A stretch of DNA of 64,000 nucleotides, taken from contig CAVVJT010000007.1 in assembly GCA_963748625.1 (NCBI GenBank), positions 672,001 through 736,000 on the forward strand. Reading direction: 5' to 3'. This DNA comes from an uncultured Chloroflexia bacterium (GTDB lineage: Bacteria > Chloroflexota > Limnocylindria > Limnocylindrales > CSP1-4). Positions 58,429 to 64,000 of the stretch are shown one piece after another (position 1 is the stretch's first letter; every line of letters starts with the position of its first letter). The notes under the pieces were generated by a model. It was not told the DNA's origin and made no database searches. It saw nothing but the letters and a program-made list of their open reading frames with translations. A program made the translations under genes and the position numbers.

Positions 58429-59440
58429 CGGGTCCTCCTGGGTGCTCCGGCGCGATCGGGCCGCCCGGGGCGGCCGGGGCGGCCGGGACGGGGATGGGAC
58501 GCACGGCCACGAGGTCGCGGAAGCGGCCGTAGGCGTCAGGGTCGAAGCCGCCGGCGAGGGGGTGGAGGACGGCAGCCGCGGAAAGGGCGACGGCGTCGCG
58601 GAGGCAGTCTGGCCAGGCGTCGTGGCGCAGGAGGCCCCGGGCGAGCGCGGCGACCGATGCGTCACCGGCCCCGGTGGGGTTGCCGGCGACCTGTGTGCCC
58701 GCCGGTAGGGCGGCATGCCAGGCCCCGTCGGCGGCGAGGAGGACCATCCCGTCCGCGCCGAGGCTCACGGCGACCGCATCAGCACCCTGGGCGCGGAGCA
58801 TTGCCGCGCGCACGGCCACGTCGGCGAGGTCGACGGGCGTCCCGGGCAGCTGGGCCGGGCCGCCGGTGATCTCGTAGACCTCGTCGCGGTTGGGCTTGAC
58901 GAGGGTGGGGCGGGACGCGAGGGCGGCGCGCACGGCGGCGCCGCTGCCGTCGAGGATGACCGGGGTGCCGGCCGCTCGTGCCCGTCCAACGAGGATCGCC
59001 GAGGCATCGGCAGGGAGGCCACGCGGCTGGCTGCCGGAGAGAACGACGACGTCGGCATCCGCGGCGAGCCGGTCGAAGCGGGCCTGTATCGCGGCCCAGG
59101 CGTCGGCGGTCACGTCCGGGCCGGGTTCGAGGAGGATGGTGACGCGCCCTTCCGGGTCGACGATCGCGACCGTCCGGCGGGTCTCCCCGTCCACCGGCTC
59201 GAGGTCGTGGAGGAGGCCCGCGGCGTCCAGATCGGCTTGGACGGTCGCCCCGGTGGTGCCACCCGCGAAGCCGCTGACAATGACGGGCTCGCCCAGCTGG
59301 TGGAGCACGCGCGCGACATTGACGCCCTTGCCGCCCGCGCGCTGCTCGACCTCCTCCACGCGGACGCTCGTCTCGAGGATGAGGTCACGGACGCGGTAGG
59401 TCACGTCAAGGGCGAGGTTGAGGGTGACGGTGAGGATCAT
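58418..59440 (-). CDS. 1-phosphofructokinase / tagatose-6-phosphate kinase family (PfkB)
   Basis: MILTVTLNLALD, GGKGVNVA, VKPNRDE, NPTGAGD. Confidence 0.92.
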   Translation of the reverse strand: MILTVTLNLALDVTYRVRDLILETSVRVEEVEQRAGGKGVNVARVLHQLGEPVIVSGFAGGTTGATVQADLDAAGLLHDLEPVDGETRRTVAIVDPEGRVTILLEPGPDVTADAWAAIQARFDRLAADADVVVLSGSQPRGLPADASAILVGRARAAGTPVILDGSGAAVRAALASRPTLVKPNRDEVYEITGGPAQLPGTPVDLADVAVRAAMLRAQGADAVAVSLGADGMVLLAADGAWHAALPAGTQVAGNPTGAGDASVAALARGLLRHDAWPDCLRDAVALSAAAVLHPLAGGFDPDAYGRFRDLVAVRPIPVPAAPAAPGGPIAPEHPGGPDAR

Positions 59441-59452
59441 GGCTCGCGTGCA

Positions 59453-59466
59453 TGTTACCGGTAACA
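59453..59466. promoter_or_regulatory. LacI-family operator-like palindrome
   Basis: Perfect 14-bp palindrome TGTTACCGGTAACA 12 bp upstream of the kinase start, overlapping a TAACAT -10-like hexamer. Confidence 0.65.
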
Positions 59467-59698
59467 GGCAGCGCTCATCAGCCGTCGGCCGCGGGCGGGC
59501 CCAGTAGCAGGAGCGACGCACGGGCAGCGGGCGGCGCACGGGCGGCGGGCAGCGGGCGGCGAGCTGGTCCCGGCGCCACATCCAGGCGCCTCACAGCCGG
59601 CTCCCAGATTCCAGTAACGAAGGCGACAGGTGCCCGCCCGGAGACTCGACGCCGGAACGACGACCGCCCGATCGGCGGACCGCAGCCGGAGACACACC

Positions 59699-61090
59699 AT
59701 GAGCCTCACCGCCAACGCGGGTGCCCGAGCGCGAACCGCGCCACGACGTGGACCGCTGCCCATCCCCTTTGCCTACGAGGGCGTCCGCCCACGCGACATC
59801 GGCCTCGTCATCGCCGGCATCGGCACGCTGGTCGCGGCGATGTGGCTCCGCCACGGCGGCATCGCGAGCACGATCGCCGACCCGCTCGCGGGCATCGGCC
59901 AGCTGACTGCGCTGGGCGGCACGCTCGCGGCGCTGCTGGGGGTGCTGTTCGCCGCCCGGGCACCGTGGCTCGACCAGGTGCTCGGCGCCGATCGCCTGCG
60001 CCGCATCCACCGCTGGCTGGGCTTCTCGGCCGTCTGGGCCATCGGTGCCCACGCCGTCCTGTCCACGCTCGCCTGGGCCGGGGGCTCGCTCAGCGGGGTC
60101 GTCCCCACGCTGGTGGAGATGATCGCCACCGTGCCGGGGATGCTCGGCGCCGTGGTCGGCCTGGCGCTCTTCATCACCGTCGGCATCACGTCGGTGAAGG
60201 CCATCCGCCGGCGAACCTCGTACGAGTCCTTCCACGGCATCCACCTGTACGTCTACCTCGCCCTCGCCTTCGGCTACCTCCACCAGCTGTCGATCGGCAG
60301 CGACTTCGTGGGCGATCCGCTCGCCACCGCCGTCTGGATCAGCCTCTACGTCGCCGCCTTCCTGCCGCTCCTCGTCTACCGCGTGGCCTGGCCCCTGTAC
60401 ACCACGCTCCGCTTCCGGCCGCGGGTCGCCGCGATCGAGCCTGAGGCCGAGGGCGTCTTCAGCCTGGTCGTCGAAGGACGCGGGCTCGACCGCCTGGCGG
60501 TCCGCTCCGGCCAGTTCTTCGTCGTCCGGGCGCTCACCGGGCGGGACTGGATGCACGGCCACCCGTTCAGCATCTCGGCCGCGCCGAACGGCCGCACCCT
60601 GCGCTTCACGATCAAGGAGTTCGGCGAGGGGACGCGCGACCTGCGCCGCCTGGCGCCCGGCACTCCGCTCGTGCTGGAGGGCCCGTACGGCGCCATGCAC
60701 GGCGCACGGCGGACCGGCCGCAAGCTCCTGTTCATCGCCGGCGGCATCGGGATCGCCCCGATCCGCTCCCTGGCCGAGGGCCTGCCGTACGGTCCGGGCG
60801 AGGCCGACCTGATCTACCGCAGCCCGAACGCTCGCCAGACGCCGCTCGGCGCCGAGGTGGACGCGCTCGCGCGCCACCGCGGCATTCGCACCCACTGGCT
60901 CGTTGGCCGACGCGGCGAACCGCACATCGGCACCGACCCGCTCGGGCCGGACAGCGTCGCCCACCTGGTCCCCGACGTCGCCGAGCGCGACATCTACCTC
61001 TGCGGACCCAACGCGCTCATGGAGCGCACGCGTTCGAGCCTGCTCGCCCTTGGCGTGCCGGCCGGCCGCATCAACCTCGAGCTCTTCTAG
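59699..61090 (+). CDS. Ferric-reductase-like transmembrane protein with FAD/NAD-binding domain
   Basis: Heme His pairs (IHRWLG...GAH; IHLY...YLHQ), HPFSIS, EGPYG, AGGIGIAP, YLCGP. Confidence 0.9.
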   Translation: MSLTANAGARARTAPRRGPLPIPFAYEGVRPRDIGLVIAGIGTLVAAMWLRHGGIASTIADPLAGIGQLTALGGTLAALLGVLFAARAPWLDQVLGADRLRRIHRWLGFSAVWAIGAHAVLSTLAWAGGSLSGVVPTLVEMIATVPGMLGAVVGLALFITVGITSVKAIRRRTSYESFHGIHLYVYLALAFGYLHQLSIGSDFVGDPLATAVWISLYVAAFLPLLVYRVAWPLYTTLRFRPRVAAIEPEAEGVFSLVVEGRGLDRLAVRSGQFFVVRALTGRDWMHGHPFSISAAPNGRTLRFTIKEFGEGTRDLRRLAPGTPLVLEGPYGAMHGARRTGRKLLFIAGGIGIAPIRSLAEGLPYGPGEADLIYRSPNARQTPLGAEVDALARHRGIRTHWLVGRRGEPHIGTDPLGPDSVAHLVPDVAERDIYLCGPNALMERTRSSLLALGVPAGRINLELF

Positions 61091-61111
61091 GTCGAAGGGA
61101 GACCCGTTCCC

Positions 61112-61642
61112 ATGCGCGCATCCAAACCCCTTGCCGCCCTCGCCCTGACCGCCGCCGGTTCGGCGCTCGTCGTCGGGTTCCAGGTTCCACCCACCGGCGC
61201 CGCCACCGTGACGGACACCGCGACGACGTCCGGCTCCACGTCGAGCTCCGGCTCCACGACGACGGAGTCCGGTTCGACCGCCACGGAGTCGGGTTCGACG
61301 ACGACCGAGTCGGGTTCGACAACGACCGCGATCGCCACCTCCCCGTACGCCGACGGCACCTACCTCGGCGCGGCCGTGAACGAGCCGTGGGGCACCTTCC
61401 AGGTGCAGGCCACGGTCAGCGGCGGCCAGCTCGTGGACGTCACCATCGTCGCCGCGCCCACCGACAGCCACAGCAGCAGGATCAACAACAGGGCGATCCC
61501 GACCCTGACGTCGGCGGCGCTGGCCTCCCAGGACGCCGCTGTGGACGTGATCAGCGGCGCGACCTGGACCTCCGAGTCCTACGCGACATCGCTGCAGGCC
61601 GCGCTCGACACCGCGGAGGCCGCCCTGGACGCGGCCGCCTGA
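61112..61642 (+). CDS. Extracytoplasmic FMN-binding (flavinylated) protein
   Basis: Signal/anchor, Ser/Thr repeat linker, YADGTY, DVISGATWTS flavinylation motif. Confidence 0.9.
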   Translation: MRASKPLAALALTAAGSALVVGFQVPPTGAATVTDTATTSGSTSSSGSTTTESGSTATESGSTTTESGSTTTAIATSPYADGTYLGAAVNEPWGTFQVQATVSGGQLVDVTIVAAPTDSHSSRINNRAIPTLTSAALASQDAAVDVISGATWTSESYATSLQAALDTAEAALDAAA

Positions 61643-61663
61643 CGCTCGGCCGCCACCGGCCGG

Positions 61664-62842
61664 CTAGAACCCGAGCGGCAGGTGGAGAAAGCCGCGCAGG
61701 TTCTGCTTCGTGATCCGCTCCGGGGTGCCCGAGACGTCGAATTCGGGCACGCGGGCCAGGAACCGCTCGAACGCGATCTTCGCCTCGAGGCGCGCGAGCG
61801 GGGCGCCGATGCAGTGGTGGATGCCCTCGCCGAAGCCCACGTGGCGCTTGATCCTGCGGGCCACGTCGAAGGTGTCGGGGTCGTCGAACGCGCGCTCGTC
61901 GCGGTTGGCGGAGCCGAACAGGACGATGGCCCTGGCACCGGCAGGCGCCGTGGAGCCGTGGAGCTCGACGTCGCGGGTCAACGTCCGGGCGTTGAACTGT
62001 ACCGGCATGTCGTAGCGGAGCATCTCCTCGACCGCGTTGGGGATCAGCGACGGGTCCTCGACCAGGCGTCGCCGCTGGTCGGGGTTGCGGGCGAGAGCAA
62101 GGAGGCCGTTCGAGATCAGGCCTGACGTGGTGTCGATCGAGGCCTCGAACAGGATGAAGGTCAGGCCCACCGCTTCGGTGGTGAGGCGCTCGCCGTTGAC
62201 CTCGGCCAGGGCGATCTGCGTGACGAGGTCGTTGCGCGGGTGCTTCCGTCGGTCCTCGACCAGGTCCTCGATGTAGGAGCGGATCTTCGCGCCGGCCTCG
62301 AACGCCTCGGGCGGGATGCCCCGGTGATGCGGGGTGCGGGGCTGGGTCTGGCGCTGCCAGGCGTCGATCATCGGCAGGTCCTCGGCCGGGAAGCCGATCA
62401 GGACCGGGCCCACCTGAAGCGGGATCGGATAGCTGAAGTCCTCCACCGCGTCGAGGGAGCCAGTGTCGGCGAAGCGGTCGACCAGGTCGTCCACGATCTT
62501 GGTGACCTGGGGCTCCATGTCTTTGATCGCCTTGGGCGCGAAGATGTTGGTGCCCTGGACCATCTTGCGCAGCTCGTCGTGGCGGGGCGGGTCCATCACC
62601 AGGATGTTGCCGTCCGGCTCGAGCAGGTCCTCCATGAAGCCGTCGATGTCCACGTCCGGCTCCTGGGAGAACGTCCGCCAGTCACGCAAGGCGTTCTGGA
62701 CGTCATCGAAGCGGGAGATGACCCAGAGGTTCCAGCGGTCGTCGTGGTAGAAGGGCGTCTCGTCCCGCAGCTGCCGGTAGACCGGGTACGGGTCCTCCTC
62801 GTTGGCGCCGGTGTAGAACGGGTCGAAGGCGTACTCGGTCAT
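61664..62842 (-). CDS. Cytochrome P450
   Basis: DPPRH, EEMLR (ExxR), SANRD, FGEGIHHCIG heme motif. Confidence 0.95.
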   Translation of the reverse strand: MTEYAFDPFYTGANEEDPYPVYRQLRDETPFYHDDRWNLWVISRFDDVQNALRDWRTFSQEPDVDIDGFMEDLLEPDGNILVMDPPRHDELRKMVQGTNIFAPKAIKDMEPQVTKIVDDLVDRFADTGSLDAVEDFSYPIPLQVGPVLIGFPAEDLPMIDAWQRQTQPRTPHHRGIPPEAFEAGAKIRSYIEDLVEDRRKHPRNDLVTQIALAEVNGERLTTEAVGLTFILFEASIDTTSGLISNGLLALARNPDQRRRLVEDPSLIPNAVEEMLRYDMPVQFNARTLTRDVELHGSTAPAGARAIVLFGSANRDERAFDDPDTFDVARRIKRHVGFGEGIHHCIGAPLARLEAKIAFERFLARVPEFDVSGTPERITKQNLRGFLHLPLGF

Positions 62843-62957
62843 GCTGGGGCCCCTGTGGTGGTGGCTGCGATCGCGCAAGGCTAGCGGGCGCGCGGGGTTA
62901 CTGCAACGATTCAGTCGTGGTGCGGCTGGCGTCGGGCGGATGCCCTGCACCGTACGC

Positions 62958-63178
62958 CGCGATTCGATTCCTGCGCGTGAGATAGATCCGGCGATCCATC
63001 CCTGCGAGGATCGAATCGGCCAACAATCCAAGCACCTGTGGGGATGAGATCCGCTCCGGCCGTGCAGGTGTCACGCACCGAACCCCTGGTCCGGACCCCG
63101 AGCCCCGCACGAACAGCCGCGATTCGATCCCTGCGCGGATCGATCGGCCAAGTCATCCGTGTGGGAATGGAAGCCGGC
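62958..63178. repeat. Interspersed non-coding element, copy 2
   Basis: Collinear similarity to 22150-22358 in the same orientation. Confidence 0.8.
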
Positions 63179-63241
63179 CCCGGCGGCCGGCGCATCCGGC
63201 CCCGGGCCTGGCCCTGGCCCCGCTGCCGGACGGGTGCGGGC

Positions 63242-63565
63242 TCAGCCCTCCGAGCGGTGGGCCCCCACCACCCGACGCCCGTTCTCGTGCGTCACCCCGA
63301 CGCAGCGCCCGTTCTTCTCGAACACGATGGCGATGTGGTACCCGGTCGCGCGCCACTGCAGGAGAATCCTGCCGTCAGGCAGCACGGTCTCCTGGGCCGC
63401 GGGGCCGACCGCCTTCTCGATCTCCCTGCGCGTCCTGCCCTTGAGGCTGCCGAGCGCCACGAACTGCTTGCGCAGCGCACGGCCCGGCGCCCGGAACACG
63501 AATGGCACCACGATCGCGACCAGGGCGGCGACAACGAGCAGTGCGACGACGAGGACGGGGTCCAT
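63242..63565 (-). CDS. Small hypothetical membrane-anchored protein
   Basis: GAGG-ATG, N-terminal TM helix, GRTRREIEKAVGP. Confidence 0.65.
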   Translation of the reverse strand: MDPVLVVALLVVAALVAIVVPFVFRAPGRALRKQFVALGSLKGRTRREIEKAVGPAAQETVLPDGRILLQWRATGYHIAIVFEKNGRCVGVTHENGRRVVGAHRSEG

Positions 63566-63618
63566 GCCCTCATGCTGCCATGGGCGCGGCCCGCGCGCCC
63601 ATGGCATGCGCGTTGCCC

Positions 63619-64000
63619 CTAGCCGAAGGCCGCCTCGTTGACCAAGCAGCCCGTCGATGATCACGGGCTTGCCCGAGGAGACCACCTTGATCACGACCGT
63701 TCCACGACACGCCGCTGCGAACTGGCAGTCGTCGAACCAGGCGCTGAACCGCTGCCGGTGCCGGATCGTGGCCGACTGGAGGCTGATGGTGTCGAGCAGG
63801 TTCCCGTTGTGGTACACCCGCACGCTGCCGCAGTTGGGGCAGGTGGTGGCGAGGATGCCCAGGCTCGGTGCGTTCACGTGGTACATGCGCAGGCTCGCGA
63901 GGAACTGTGTCGACCGCAGGGCCGTGCCCAGGTAGTGCTGCGGGCCAGCCAGCTCTGTCCAAGCGCCCTTCCTGACCATCGACCGCTCATCCAGCGGCAC
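63619..64000 (-). CDS. C-terminal end of a probably secreted beta-rich protein (5' part outside window)
   Basis: PLDERS...ATTCPNCGSVRVY...ISL...VVSSGKPVIIDG. The likely stop TAG at 63619-63621 requires a 1-nt correction near 63645. Confidence 0.55.

Overview
High-GC (roughly 70% or more) bacterial chromosomal segment of mostly metabolic and accessory genes. Gene content (CxxC-x17-CxxC zinc-ribbon protein, F420-dependent nitroreductase, MacAB-like system with no TolC in the window, leaderless genes) suggests a monoderm Chloroflexota/Actinomycetota-like organism; this is an inference. Main content in order: a selenocysteine formate dehydrogenase alpha subunit (in-frame UGA plus fdhF-type SECIS, missed by the ORF track); a SorC/LsrR regulator whose paired palindromic operators recur in front of a fused E1alpha-beta/E2 2-oxoacid dehydrogenase, followed by a true ACC deaminase; a LysR gene facing a candidate C-rich-loop sRNA; peptidases; mmuM; a MacAB-like exporter; pfkA; a fused EtfB-EtfA with ETF-QO; a dispersed set of DUF1269/DUF389/SHOCT/lipid kinase/phosphatase/SulP/DUF2252/anSME/AtsB-like sulfatase genes; a PfkB kinase with a frameshifted class II aldolase behind a LacI-type operator; a ferric-reductase/FMN-binding flavinylation pair; and a P450. 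A ~210-bp non-coding palindromic-unit element occurs twice, 40 kb apart, and GC-rich tandem arrays lie at 50.8-51.5 kb. I recognised no rRNA, tRNA, CRISPR array, integrase or transposase. All calls come from motif recognition by eye; no searches were run.
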